A DNA stretch of 34,456 bases from an uncultured Candidatus Saccharibacteria bacterium. GTDB lineage: Bacteria > Patescibacteriota > Minisyncoccia > Phycocordibacterales > JAACPR01. A program made the translations under genes and the position numbers. The notes beneath the pieces are model-generated. The model saw nothing but the letters and a program-made list of their open reading frames with translations. It did no database searches and was not told the origin of the DNA. The stretch is from contig CAZIEY010000002.1 of assembly GCA_964538855.1 (NCBI GenBank), positions 219,007 through 253,462 of the forward strand, written 5' to 3'. Of the stretch, positions 15,994 through 25,210 are shown piece after piece; the stretch's first letter is position 1, and the number at the start of each line of letters is the position of its first letter.

Positions 15994-16413
15994 TTAGGAC
16001 GCTGCAGTAACAGATCCAACATTGTCTTTAATTTTCCATGCGGAAATACCGTAAAAAATAATCAATTCAACGAGGTCCAAAAGTAGAGGCAATTCTCCAC
16101 CTAAAATATAATTTATTGATTCGACAATGATAATTAACGCCAAAAGATACGCTGAAGCAATCAAAGTAATTTTTCGTGCATCTCTGATTTCGTATGTCTG
16201 ATTAATTACATACGCAGAATATATGGTTACAACAATTGAAGCCAGTATATTAATAATGATATACACAAGCGAAACCATTTGAGACTCTGATTCGCTCAAT
16301 TCGAGTAATGCTGTTGGAAACATCACAATGAACATTACTAGGATGGACAATAAGACTGATCGTAAGAAATGAATAAATGAGATTCGTGCTGACGTTGATT
16401 GTTTCTTATTCAT
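15994..16413 (-). CDS. Hypothetical integral membrane protein (about 4 TM)
   Basis: The 139-aa ORF has four hydrophobic segments. It has its own promoter (TTGACT-17-TAAGAT) ending 6 nt before the ATG, and a terminator downstream. Confidence 0.6.
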   Translation of the reverse strand: MNKKQSTSARISFIHFLRSVLLSILVMFIVMFPTALLELSESESQMVSLVYIIINILASIVVTIYSAYVINQTYEIRDARKITLIASAYLLALIIIVESINYILGGELPLLLDLVELIIFYGISAWKIKDNVGSVTAAS

Positions 16414-16454
16414 AAATTCATCTTAAATTACTTTATAAACCTAGTCAATGAAAG

Positions 16455-16667
16455 TAAAATAAAAACAAGCACCGATTGGCGCTTGTCGAATGAGTATCCC
16501 GGAAGAGGGAGAAATTGGTGGCCGAAGCCTAAAGAACATGAAGTTTTAAAGTCGGGCGGCCATAGGCACTTGATCATGCCACGACTGGGAGCTGGCAAAT
16601 GCCTATCCCCTTTAAGAACGCCGACGTCAACCGGCTTCTATTCAAAGATTCGGATGAATCTAAGAAC
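16455..16667 (-). ncRNA. Unclassified small RNA candidate (about 213 nt, promoter-to-terminator unit)
   Basis: Minus strand: TTGCAT-16 nt-TATAAT promoter (16701-16674) and a strong terminator ACAAGCGCC-AATC-GGTGCTTGT-TTTTTATTTT (16486-16455). Internal stems are AGATTC-ATCC-GAATCT, ATAGGCAT/GTGCCTAT enclosing TGCCA/TGGCA, and a GGC-UUCG-GCC hairpin. No credible ORF is present. Confidence 0.45.
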
Positions 16668-16673
16668 TTTTAT

Positions 16674-16701
16674 ATTATACCCCATTTATAATATTATGCA
16701 A
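16674..16701 (-). promoter_or_regulatory. Near-consensus sigma70 promoter for the 213-nt RNA candidate
   Basis: Minus strand: TTGCAT (16701-16696), a 16-nt spacer, then TATAAT (16679-16674). Confidence 0.5.
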
Positions 16702-16789
16702 GTTACCCGTAATCCTTATACGAGTTTACAATTCCATACCCTATGCAATTATTGAATTGCATCCAGGCTATGAGTTAGAAAAATTTCAA

Positions 16790-16821
16790 ACAAAAAACAG
16801 CGCCGTCACGAATCGGCGCTG
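16790..16821 (-). terminator. Rho-independent terminator after the 68-aa ORF
   Basis: Minus strand: CAGCGCCG-ATTCGTGA-CGGCGCTG followed by TTTTTTG. It lies 25 nt after the stop at 16847. Confidence 0.7.
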
Positions 16822-16846
16822 TCGCAAATAGGATCGGGATCCAAAA

Positions 16847-17053
16847 TCATTCGTGAACAATTTTCATCGACACACAACCTCCCTCTCCGCGGTTCCCAGT
16901 GTGGAAGACAAATTGGGGACGGAAAGGTTTATACGCCGAACTTCCATCACAACGAGCTGAGGCAACGTGAGAAAATTGGGCGAAGGCATCTTCTGTCGGT
17001 AGGCTAAACGGCCTATCGATTTCACTAACGGTCTGTCCATCCTGATTAACCAT
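16847..17053 (-). CDS. Hypothetical small protein (68 aa)
   Basis: A GGAG Shine-Dalgarno sequence lies 7 nt upstream of the ATG (AGAGGAGAGACTCATCATG). A terminator follows immediately downstream. I recognise no family. Confidence 0.5.
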   Translation of the reverse strand: MVNQDGQTVSEIDRPFSLPTEDAFAQFSHVASARCDGSSAYKPFRPQFVFHTGNRGEGGCVSMKIVHE

Positions 17054-17198
17054 GATGAGTCTCTCCTCTGTGAAGAACTTTCCGGGAAAAAATTTCTCGG
17101 ATTATTTTTAGACTACACCCTTCTTTGGCTTTAGGCAAGAAACGAACCCCCGGCCAGCTCTCGTGCTGACGCGGGGGTCTGAGTGCGGTAGGAAACAC

Positions 17199-17432
17199 TC
17201 AGTCAGAGATCATAGCCAAAATGAGAAGGAGCATGGACAGATCCAGAGTGTGATACCGCGGTCGCAAAGACTTGAATTTGAGACGGAGGATCATCCGAAG
17301 CCCTACCGCGACACCACTCGCCACCCACAAAACGTAGGCAAGTTTTTCGATATGGTACAATCGAGTAATCATTGCCAACACAACGAGAAAAAAATAACCC
17401 TCGGTGTATTTATACAACGATTCAATAGACAT
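17199..17432 (-). CDS. Hypothetical small membrane protein (77 aa from the internal ATG)
   Basis: The start at 17432 (MSIESLYKY) is preceded by GGGAG. Two to three hydrophobic segments are present. A TTGACG-16-TAATCT promoter sits right after the lysS stop. An ACCCCCG...CGGGGGT hairpin with a T-rich tail lies downstream. Confidence 0.45.
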   Translation of the reverse strand: MSIESLYKYTEGYFFLVVLAMITRLYHIEKLAYVLWVASGVAVGLRMILRLKFKSLRPRYHTLDLSMLLLILAMISD

Positions 17433-17525
17433 GGAATACTCCCGGTTTTCGGTTTGCAGACACAATGAGGCAGGGTGCCCCATTTTCCACAATTCAGATT
17501 ACTCTTTTTTAAAAAGTCGTCAACC

Positions 17526-18986
17526 CTATTTCTTTGGCTTCATCAACGGGAACAATACAGTCTCACGAATGGGTTTGCCCGCAAGCACAGAGAAAAGACG
17601 GTCACCAACCGGAGCTGAACCGAATGCAGGTGGCATACCATGTTCCAACATTTCAACGAATTCAAAGTCGGGCATCATTGCTTCATCATCACCTCGATCA
17701 ATTAATTTTTGCTGTTCTTCGAATCGTGCGCGTTGATCGATAGGATCATTCAATTCAGAGAATGAGTTGCTAAACTCACTACCTGCCACAATCAATTGCA
17801 AACGCTCGGTCACCTCAGGATTATCCTCGCAAGATTTTGCAAGTGGTGAAACCAATTTTGGATGTTTAGTGAGCCACACAGGACCCGCAATAGATTTTCG
17901 ACAATATTTCCAAAGCGTATCAGTCAATCGTTCACGAGTTTCCCCATCATACGACACACCGAGTTCGGTTAATTTTGCTTTCATTTCGTCTTCAGCTGCT
18001 TTCAATACATCGACCCCAGTTTTTTCCAACACATACGGAACATATTCAATCACAGGCCAAGTACCCGACAAATCAACTTTCATACCTTTTACATCAAATG
18101 ATAGAGTGCCGAAAGTTTCTTGAACAACATGTTGCACCAATTTTTCGATAAAGCCGCGACCCTCGACGTAATCCATGTACGCAGCGTAAAATTCCATGTT
18201 CGTAAATTCTTGGAGATGTTCAGGACTTGAACCTTCATTACGATACACACGGCCGATTTCAAACACTCTTTCAAAACCCGCAGCGAGAGCGCGTTTCTGC
18301 CACAATTCACCAACCGAAATTCGCAAATAGACCGGAATATCAAAGTCGTTGTGATGAGTTACGAACGGTCGAGCTTCTGCCCCACCAGTTGTAGTTTCAA
18401 GTGTTGGTGTCGTAATTTCCAAAAATCCTTGGTCGAGCATGTATTGTCGAGCTGATCGCCAGAATTTTGAATGCTTTTCGATTAGGTCGTGCAATTCCGG
18501 ATTCATCAAAATGTCCAAGTATCGCTTTCGATATCGTTCGTCATCATCAACAAGGCCGGCCCATTTGTCAGGTAGTGGCGAAATTGCTTTCGTTAAAATA
18601 TTCCACGATTTTATGAGGAGACTTTTCGCACCGCGCTGAGTCGTGAAAAGTGGACCAGTTGCTTCGATAAAATCACCCATATCGATAGTGTCAACAAAAA
18701 GCGCAAAGTCCGCTTCTGGCATTTCATCTTTTTTAAGTACGAGTTGCGTTTTGCCAGTTCCATCAAAAATTTCCACGAACAAAATTGCTCCTTGTCCACG
18801 AATAATCATCACTCGACCCGCGAGCGTCACATTTTTTTGAGAAGCAGAAAGTTCGTCGAATTTAGCAAGCGCATCCGCAACAGAAATATCACGCTTTGTG
18901 CGCGCAGCAAACGGGTTTTGTCCCGCCTTTTTTAACTTTTCTAACTTTTCAAGCCGAACTTTTTGTAAATCCTCTAATGCTGTCAT
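17526..18986 (-). CDS. lysS: Lysine--tRNA ligase (class II)
   Basis: An N-terminal OB-fold region is followed by the class II motifs FEIGRVYRNEGSSPEHLQEFTNMEFYAAY and a C-terminal GMPPAFG. Confidence 0.95.
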   Translation of the reverse strand: MTALEDLQKVRLEKLEKLKKAGQNPFAARTKRDISVADALAKFDELSASQKNVTLAGRVMIIRGQGAILFVEIFDGTGKTQLVLKKDEMPEADFALFVDTIDMGDFIEATGPLFTTQRGAKSLLIKSWNILTKAISPLPDKWAGLVDDDERYRKRYLDILMNPELHDLIEKHSKFWRSARQYMLDQGFLEITTPTLETTTGGAEARPFVTHHNDFDIPVYLRISVGELWQKRALAAGFERVFEIGRVYRNEGSSPEHLQEFTNMEFYAAYMDYVEGRGFIEKLVQHVVQETFGTLSFDVKGMKVDLSGTWPVIEYVPYVLEKTGVDVLKAAEDEMKAKLTELGVSYDGETRERLTDTLWKYCRKSIAGPVWLTKHPKLVSPLAKSCEDNPEVTERLQLIVAGSEFSNSFSELNDPIDQRARFEEQQKLIDRGDDEAMMPDFEFVEMLEHGMPPAFGSAPVGDRLFSVLAGKPIRETVLFPLMKPKK

Positions 18987-19043
18987 ACTGGGGAATATTA
19001 TACTACAAAAGCAAAATTTTGTCTTATTTGCTTTTATTTTATA

Positions 19044-19505
19044 TTACTCAATATCGACTACGGTGTAGTTCACGACTCCATTTGGGGTTTCAAAAGAAAA
19101 ACTGTCTTTCTTTTTCTTGCCCATCATAGCTTGACCCAAAGGAGATTCGTACGAAAGTCGACCTTCGGAAATATCAGCTTCTTCGGCACCCACGAGACGA
19201 TAAGTTACTTTTGTACCGTCTTTTTTCTTGAGATTTACTGTTGAACCAACGACAACAGAGTCCCCCTTTCCTGCAGTCAAAATGACACTATTTTTAAGAG
19301 TCTCTTCTAGTTGCTCAATTCGAGCCTCGATTTCACCCTGCTGATTTCGGGCGTCATGGTATTCTGCATTTTCTGACAAATCACCAAGAGACCGGGCATA
19401 ACCCAATTTTTCAGCAACTTCTCGACGCTCTACGGTCTTTAAGTTTTCTAGTTCAGCTTCGAGCTCTACTTTTTTTTCCTTTGATAAATAATGCTTTTGT
19501 GACAT
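19044..19505 (-). CDS. greA: Transcription elongation factor GreA
   Basis: The coiled-coil N-terminus carries DLSENAEYHDAR, and the C-terminal domain is FKBP-like. The protein is 153 aa. Confidence 0.95.
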   Translation of the reverse strand: MSQKHYLSKEKKVELEAELENLKTVERREVAEKLGYARSLGDLSENAEYHDARNQQGEIEARIEQLEETLKNSVILTAGKGDSVVVGSTVNLKKKDGTKVTYRLVGAEEADISEGRLSYESPLGQAMMGKKKKDSFSFETPNGVVNYTVVDIE

Positions 19506-19539
19506 TTTTTATGTATTTTATAAAGTCTATTAGTGTGGA

Positions 19540-19567
19540 ATTATACACGAAAAATACAAAGGGTCAA
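19540..19567 (-). promoter_or_regulatory. Near-consensus sigma70 promoter of greA
   Basis: Minus strand: TTGACC (19567-19562), a 16-nt spacer, then TATAAT (19545-19540). The roughly 28-nt leader is AT-rich with no obvious SD. Confidence 0.5.
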
Positions 19568-19588
19568 CCAACACAATCGTGTGGACAA

Positions 19589-21274
19589 TTATTGAAATAT
19601 TTCTGATCGGGCAACCTTGAGCCAATCAAAAAATTGTCGACTGACTGCATTACTTCCGAGACGCGTTCCGGCGACTCCACTCTCGAGAAAGACGACATAC
19701 GCGTACTTGGGATTTTGATAAGGAAAGAATCCGGCATGCCATGCGTTCACACGATCTTTTCTGACCCCAATTTCGGCGGTTCCAGTTTTTGATGCAATCT
19801 GAATATCATCATATTTTACACCTGTTGCAGTACCAAAAAGAACCGCGTCACGCATTCCCGCCTGAACTACAGACCAAACCCAATCATCAACACCTGCAAT
19901 TTTAGAAGTCATCGGTTCAAACTTATCTGACGAAAAAATTTGAGGTTCAACAAGAGTCCCTCTGTTTGCAATTGCGGCCACTCCTCGTAAAATTTGCAAT
20001 GGTGTGACTTGTACTCCATATTGCCCAATCACCGTGTAATAAGTATCGCCAAGTCGCCACTCATCATCAAAGACTTTGCGTTTCCACTCTGGATTTGGGA
20101 TTGTACCAGACGCTCCCGCAAAAAATGGATTTCGAATTTCTGACCCAAAACCAAATTTTTGAAAATACTGCTCTACACGAGTAATGCCGAGACCCGGAAA
20201 ACCTTCACGACCACCCCCAATAGTGTAAAAGAAAATGTTTGACGAGTGCGCCAATGCTTCCCTAATATTAACTGGCCCATACGCCTGATAGTCACGGAAA
20301 AGAGTTGGATTGTCGGGATTGTATGGATTTGGAACAGTAATATATTCCGTACTGACGATCTTGTCTGTTGTATTAATTATTCTTTCTTGTAAAGCTCCCA
20401 CTGCCACGTACGGTTTTACAATAGAACCAGGTGCGTACAAACCATCGACCACTCTATTCAAAAACGGATTACGTTTGTCATTCAAGAAACGATTGATCGC
20501 CGCATGATCAGATCCGTCGGCCAAAATATTTGAATCATATTCTGGATAATTCGTCAGCACGAGCAATTCGCCAGTATAAATATCCATAACAGCTGCCCCA
20601 CCGCCAACATAGCCAGCGGTATCAATCACATTTTTTAATGCGTCATACATTGTCGATTGCATTTCTGCATCAATGGTCAATTGAATATTTTCACTCGGCT
20701 CTGGAGTGCGAATAATATTTTCCGATACTGCATTATTATGAGCATCGGTCTCGATAATTCGCAAACCATTTTTTGGTTGCAATACATTATTGAAGAACTT
20801 TTCAACACCAGTTACACCTTCGATATCCTTGTCGTAATAAAACCCAGCAGAATCTTTTTTAGGATACGAAACATAACCAAGAAGGCTCGCAAAGCCCCCT
20901 TTTTCAATATACTTTCTCACACTGAATTCCTCTGGACCATCTTCGTTCCAAGCGAGCGGAACCAGATTCTTGTCGTAAATAATTCCTCGATCAGAAAATA
21001 CAAGCGAGTGGCGTAAGTGATTATTGGCGCTTCGGTTCGCGAAGTTCTCGCCGTTTGTAATTTGAATTGACCACGATTTAAAAGTAAAAATAGCAACGAC
21101 TATTGCAAAAAAAATATCTACAAATAAAAAAGTGCTCTGTGCCACAGGACGTTCGATGCGACCTTCGAATTGATATGTATCGAAACCGGGCAAATTAGTC
21201 GCGTCTAGGAAAATTTCATCTGGATCGATGCGATGATTGTACTTCTTATTAAAAAATTTACGGAAATTAATCAT
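19589..21274 (-). CDS. mrdA: Penicillin-binding protein 2 (elongasome transpeptidase)
   Basis: The transpeptidase motifs are SIVK (SxxK), SSN (SxN) and KTGT. An N-terminal TM is present. The gene lies directly downstream of mreB-mreC and a small membrane gene. Confidence 0.9.
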   Translation of the reverse strand: MINFRKFFNKKYNHRIDPDEIFLDATNLPGFDTYQFEGRIERPVAQSTFLFVDIFFAIVVAIFTFKSWSIQITNGENFANRSANNHLRHSLVFSDRGIIYDKNLVPLAWNEDGPEEFSVRKYIEKGGFASLLGYVSYPKKDSAGFYYDKDIEGVTGVEKFFNNVLQPKNGLRIIETDAHNNAVSENIIRTPEPSENIQLTIDAEMQSTMYDALKNVIDTAGYVGGGAAVMDIYTGELLVLTNYPEYDSNILADGSDHAAINRFLNDKRNPFLNRVVDGLYAPGSIVKPYVAVGALQERIINTTDKIVSTEYITVPNPYNPDNPTLFRDYQAYGPVNIREALAHSSNIFFYTIGGGREGFPGLGITRVEQYFQKFGFGSEIRNPFFAGASGTIPNPEWKRKVFDDEWRLGDTYYTVIGQYGVQVTPLQILRGVAAIANRGTLVEPQIFSSDKFEPMTSKIAGVDDWVWSVVQAGMRDAVLFGTATGVKYDDIQIASKTGTAEIGVRKDRVNAWHAGFFPYQNPKYAYVVFLESGVAGTRLGSNAVSRQFFDWLKVARSEIFQ

Positions 21275-21280
21275 ACAATG

Positions 21281-21532
21281 TTATATCAAGAGACTTCTCT
21301 TCACATTAGTTAAAATGTACAGCGCAATTGTCAATGAAATCGTAAAAACAATATCGAGGCCTGCAAGAGAAAGATTAGAACCATATAGCACATCGATAAT
21401 GAGGCCAACAAAAATAACTTCGTACAAATTATCGAAATAAAAAATACCGATTAGTGAAAAAATCACCGGAATCCACCATGGGAGAATAAAAGCCGAGATT
21501 ATTAAGAAAGCCCCGTACAAGACCCGTTTCAT
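21281..21532 (-). CDS. Small polytopic membrane protein, MreD-like by position
   Basis: The 83-aa protein has 3 hydrophobic segments and sits between mreC and mrdA, where mreD normally lies. It is much shorter than canonical MreD. Confidence 0.4.
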   Translation of the reverse strand: MKRVLYGAFLIISAFILPWWIPVIFSLIGIFYFDNLYEVIFVGLIIDVLYGSNLSLAGLDIVFTISLTIALYILTNVKRSLLI

Positions 21533-21536
21533 GCAC

Positions 21537-22340
21537 TTATTCTACTACACTATCGCGAATTTGAACAAAATTAGTTTCAGAAAAATTAAATGGGTATTGA
21601 AAATGGACAATCTTGAACGAATTTTTCTCAATCACTTCGATATTATCAACTATACCAATGATGGAATTTCCATGTTCCATTGAATAAATAAGGTCGCCTT
21701 CAGAGACTGCAAGATCCTTTGGGATACTTATATCAAACGCTAATCCACCTTGCCCTTCAGCCTCGGCGACGACAGTGTCATTGATTCTGACAGGAATTTT
21801 ATGCCCCGCAGTTGAATAGAGGGTTACGATCGCATTTTTTTTGTGAATTTCTGTAATTTTTCCAACCAAAGTATTTCGGATGAAAACGGATTGACCAACG
21901 ACGACTTCCCCATCAGTACGAATCACAAATGTATCGTATGGTGAAAAAGGTGGAGTTAAAATAATCTCTGCCACTATCTCTTTTTGATTTCTCTCACGCA
22001 TTTCGAGAATTGAGCGTAACTCCGCATTCTCTTTTTTCACTGATTGAGTGGCAAGCAATTCAATGTGAAGAAATTTCTTCTCATTTTCTAATTCAGTATT
22101 TTGCGCGACGAGTTTCGGTTTAGAATAAAAATAGTAACCCAGATTTCGTATCGGAGAAAAAATAAAATTTGCGGTTTTAGTTACAGGATATAAAACCGTA
22201 TGCATCACATTTGCAGAAAAGTTTCGAAAGATCACACCAAACAACAAAATGAGAACTGCAATACCTACAAATAATAGATTGCGTTTGCGACGATTATTTT
22301 TTTCACTACTTCTTTGGAGGTAAGTCATCGGCGGTTTCAA
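21537..22340 (-). CDS. mreC: Rod shape-determining protein MreC
   Basis: The architecture is an N-terminal TM, a coiled coil (ELENEKKFLHIELLATQSVKKENAELR) and beta-rich C-terminal domains. The gene follows mreB. Confidence 0.8.
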   Translation of the reverse strand: MKPPMTYLQRSSEKNNRRKRNLLFVGIAVLILLFGVIFRNFSANVMHTVLYPVTKTANFIFSPIRNLGYYFYSKPKLVAQNTELENEKKFLHIELLATQSVKKENAELRSILEMRERNQKEIVAEIILTPPFSPYDTFVIRTDGEVVVGQSVFIRNTLVGKITEIHKKNAIVTLYSTAGHKIPVRINDTVVAEAEGQGGLAFDISIPKDLAVSEGDLIYSMEHGNSIIGIVDNIEVIEKNSFKIVHFQYPFNFSETNFVQIRDSVVE

Positions 22341-23391
22341 TTAAAATATCACGGTAATCATCCAAGTTCTCTAAAATTATACCAGTTCCCCGAGCAACCG
22401 CAGTGAGCGGTTCTGGTGCAATGTGAATAGCCATAGCCAACTCTTGTTCGAGCAACACATCCAATCCCTTGATGAGGGCACCGCCACCCGCCACATAAAT
22501 TCCTCGCTGCATAATATCAGAGACGATTTCAGGTGGTGTGGTTTCGAGAACTTCTTTTGTTGCTTGAATCAGCGCGTCGAATGATGGGTTAAGTGCTTCA
22601 CGAACATCAGAATCAGTAATCACCACTTCACGTGGAAGACCTGTGATCAAATCGCGCCCACGAACAGTTGCCTCGAGGGGTTCTTTGTCAGCGAAAACTT
22701 TACAGACTTGTTTTTTTACTTCTTCAGCAGTTCGTTCTCCGATAAGAATTTTAAATTCACTGCGCACATACGCGATAATATCATTATTCATTTTGTCACC
22801 CGCGATTTTAAGAGTTTTCGAGCGCACGATTCCACCAAGCGAAATCACAGCGATGTCAGTTGTCCCACCACCAATATCGATAATCATACTCCCGACAGGA
22901 TCATTGACCGGCAGACGAATTCCAATTGCCGCAGCCATCGGCTCCTCGACAATATGAACCTCGCGGGCACCAGAATTAATTGTCGCGTCGCGAACGGCAC
23001 GTGTTTCAACATTCGTAATTCCACATGGCACACCAATCACCACACGTGGACCAAGCAATTTTTTATTATCTTCCTGAGACTTTCGCACGAGGTAACCAAT
23101 CATTTCTTCGGTCACTTCAAAATCAGAAATCACCCCATCAACGAGTGGTCTCACCGCGGTAAGGTGAAGTGGAGTTCGCCCAAGCATCTTGCGTGCATCA
23201 TTTCCAACTGCGACAACTCGACCTGTTTTTTGATTGATAGCAACGACAGATGGTTCATTAATAATCACACCCTTGCCTGGCACATAGACAAGCGTATTTG
23301 CAGTACCCAAATCAATACCAATATCATTCGACAAAAGCGGCACGATTTTCGTGTTCCAATATTTTCGTAGGCTCCAATTTTTCTTGGCCAT
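22306..23391 (-). CDS. mreB: Rod shape-determining protein MreB
   Basis: Actin-fold motifs are IGIDLGTANTLVYV, DIGGGTTDIAVISLGG and VAGGGALIKGLD. Confidence 0.95.
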   Translation of the reverse strand: MAKKNWSLRKYWNTKIVPLLSNDIGIDLGTANTLVYVPGKGVIINEPSVVAINQKTGRVVAVGNDARKMLGRTPLHLTAVRPLVDGVISDFEVTEEMIGYLVRKSQEDNKKLLGPRVVIGVPCGITNVETRAVRDATINSGAREVHIVEEPMAAAIGIRLPVNDPVGSMIIDIGGGTTDIAVISLGGIVRSKTLKIAGDKMNNDIIAYVRSEFKILIGERTAEEVKKQVCKVFADKEPLEATVRGRDLITGLPREVVITDSDVREALNPSFDALIQATKEVLETTPPEIVSDIMQRGIYVAGGGALIKGLDVLLEQELAMAIHIAPEPLTAVARGTGIILENLDDYRDILIETADDLPPKK

Positions 23392-23392
23392 A

Positions 23393-24631
23393 TTATTCGA
23401 GCGATTTAATTAGATCAGCAACTAGCACAAGCACTGATGTGCCAGATTTACGCTCAACGACTTCTACTTTTCCTGATTCAGTAAAGTTTTTCCCAAAAAT
23501 AATTCGAGTTGGAATTCCAATAAGATCGCTTTCAGCGAGTTTTTCTCCGGCACGAATTTCGCGATTATCATACAGCACATCAAAACCAAGACCGACCATC
23601 TGATCGTATAGCTCGTCAGCGTCTTTGGTATCTGAAAGTAAGTTTACGAGATGATATTTAAAAGGCGCAATTGCGTCTGGCCAGACGAGACCTTTGTCAT
23701 CAGCGAATACTTCGGCAACTGTGCCCATAAGACGACCAATACCAATACCATAACTGCCCATAATGACTGGAACGCGAGCACCTTTTCCATTGTCGACAAT
23801 CAATTCGAGAGGCTCTGAGAAACGAGTTCCTAAATTGAAGATATTACCAACTTCAACAGTTTTTAATTCTGTAACTTTATCTTTGTTAATTTTCAATTCA
23901 GCAAGAACTTCTTCGTTGAAGACTTCTTTATTTACTGCAATATTTTTTTCTTCGTCCAAATAGATAATATCTTCTCCGACATCAGTCACCGTTTGAAATT
24001 CATGAGAATATTTTGCAAAAGAACCTCCGGATGCAAATGTGACGTAGGTACGATCACCAAGACCGACTCGTTCAAATACAGTTATGTAAGCCTTCTTAAG
24101 CTTTTCATATATAGCGTCGTGGTCAGCTTGTGTAAGCGAAAAAGAATACAAATCTTTCATTAAAAATTCGCGACCACGCATGATGCCAGATTTTGCACGC
24201 AATTCGTTGCGGAATTTTGTTTGAAATTGATACACAAGCACAGGCAAATCTTTGTAGGAATTGATGTGCTGTGTCATCATTTTTGTAATCGGTTCCTCGT
24301 GAGTACAACCTAAACCGAGTTCTGTTTTATTTTTTAGAGACGTTTTAAACCACACGTCGATTTTTTCATCGTCCCAACGATCGGTTTTTTTCCACACAGC
24401 AGGATCCTGAAGTGCAGTCATTTCCAGCTCCTGACCACCGACGCGGTTCATTTCTTCACGAACGATTTTTTTAATTTTATTCATGACGCGCACACCGAAT
24501 GGAAGCACATCGTACACACCTGCCATTTCTTTATTGATAAAGCCGGCGCGAATTAAAAGCGCGGCGCTTTTCGACACCTCGTCCTTTGGCGCATCCCGGC
24601 GCACTTTTGTAAAAATACTGCTTTGTTTCAT
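23393..24631 (-). CDS. proS: Proline--tRNA ligase, short form lacking the INS editing domain
   Basis: The N-terminus SKSAALLIRAGFINKEMAGVYDVLPFGVRVMNKI is ProRS-like. Class II motif 2 is FRNELRAKSGIMRGREFLMKDLYSF and motif 3 is GSYGIGIGRL. A C-terminal anticodon-binding domain is present. The protein is only 412 aa. Confidence 0.85.
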   Translation of the reverse strand: MKQSSIFTKVRRDAPKDEVSKSAALLIRAGFINKEMAGVYDVLPFGVRVMNKIKKIVREEMNRVGGQELEMTALQDPAVWKKTDRWDDEKIDVWFKTSLKNKTELGLGCTHEEPITKMMTQHINSYKDLPVLVYQFQTKFRNELRAKSGIMRGREFLMKDLYSFSLTQADHDAIYEKLKKAYITVFERVGLGDRTYVTFASGGSFAKYSHEFQTVTDVGEDIIYLDEEKNIAVNKEVFNEEVLAELKINKDKVTELKTVEVGNIFNLGTRFSEPLELIVDNGKGARVPVIMGSYGIGIGRLMGTVAEVFADDKGLVWPDAIAPFKYHLVNLLSDTKDADELYDQMVGLGFDVLYDNREIRAGEKLAESDLIGIPTRIIFGKNFTESGKVEVVERKSGTSVLVLVADLIKSLE

Positions 24632-24679
24632 TGGGTATACTATATCAAAATTTGCGAAAATGGGAAAATAATTTAGAAA

Positions 24680-24705
24680 TCAAAAAACCGCGTGGGGGCG
24701 CGGTT
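24680..24705 (-). terminator. Rho-independent terminator overlapping the stop codon of the 176-aa ORF
   Basis: Minus strand: AACCGCG-CCCCCA-CGCGGTT-TTTTTGA. The hairpin encodes the last residues (PRPHAVF), and the TGA stop lies in the U-tract. Confidence 0.6.
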
Positions 24706-25210
24706 CCCAGATACTTACATCTGGATCATCTGGGCTAAATTTTCGTCTAGTCTTAAGAGGAATAACAAATTGAATGCGTAAGAAGTTTTTAATTTCAATA
24801 CGTGCAGGGACCCCACCCCCTTCTTTCTTTCTTATTTCCCCGATAGATCTCATCATCGCATCTTTCGGGATCTTCTTGAGCACTCGATCTCCCCACTCAT
24901 TGGTCCACTCCACAATAACATCGCCATGCAACATGAAATGGACCTTTGGAGACGTGGCCTTGGGTGGCAGAAAAAGCTGCATACTATCAACTAGGCAGCT
25001 TTCGCGAGTAACATTCGTTACCGTCACGAAAAAATCAAAAAGGGGTTCGACTTGCTCCAAGTTTTTAATCCCCAATTTTTCTGGATGAATTTTGGGAACT
25101 GAAAACTGAGCAGTGTGAATCCGGAAGAAATCAACACCTTCCACTTGTGCGGAAACCGAGATTTGAGCAGAAGTCATTGCCCATAAAACAAAGATCAGAA
25201 GGCGATTCAT
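24680..25210 (-). CDS. Hypothetical secreted protein
   Basis: The signal-peptide-like N-terminus is MNRLLIFVLWAMTSAQISVSAQ. An AAGGAG SD lies 6 nt upstream. I recognise no family. Confidence 0.6.
   Translation of the reverse strand: MNRLLIFVLWAMTSAQISVSAQVEGVDFFRIHTAQFSVPKIHPEKLGIKNLEQVEPLFDFFVTVTNVTRESCLVDSMQLFLPPKATSPKVHFMLHGDVIVEWTNEWGDRVLKKIPKDAMMRSIGEIRKKEGGGVPARIEIKNFLRIQFVIPLKTRRKFSPDDPDVSIWEPRPHAVF

Noticed and set aside
16540-16620. Fluoride (crcB) or ZTP riboswitch upstream of the 139-aa membrane protein
   Set aside because: GGGGAUAGGCAUUUGCC...GAUCAAGUGCCUAU superficially resembles the crcB-motif core, and CAGUCGUGGC...CCGCCCGAC resembles the ZTP core. The pairing topology differs: the AUAGGCAU/GUGCCUAU stem is a simple long-range helix, not the pseudoknot. 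The downstream protein lacks CrcB motifs and has its own promoter after the terminator.
16399-16755. 118-aa plus-strand ORF
   Set aside because: It overlaps the start of the opposite-strand membrane gene and both sRNA signals (promoter and terminator). It has no SD and a low-complexity composition, so it is spurious.
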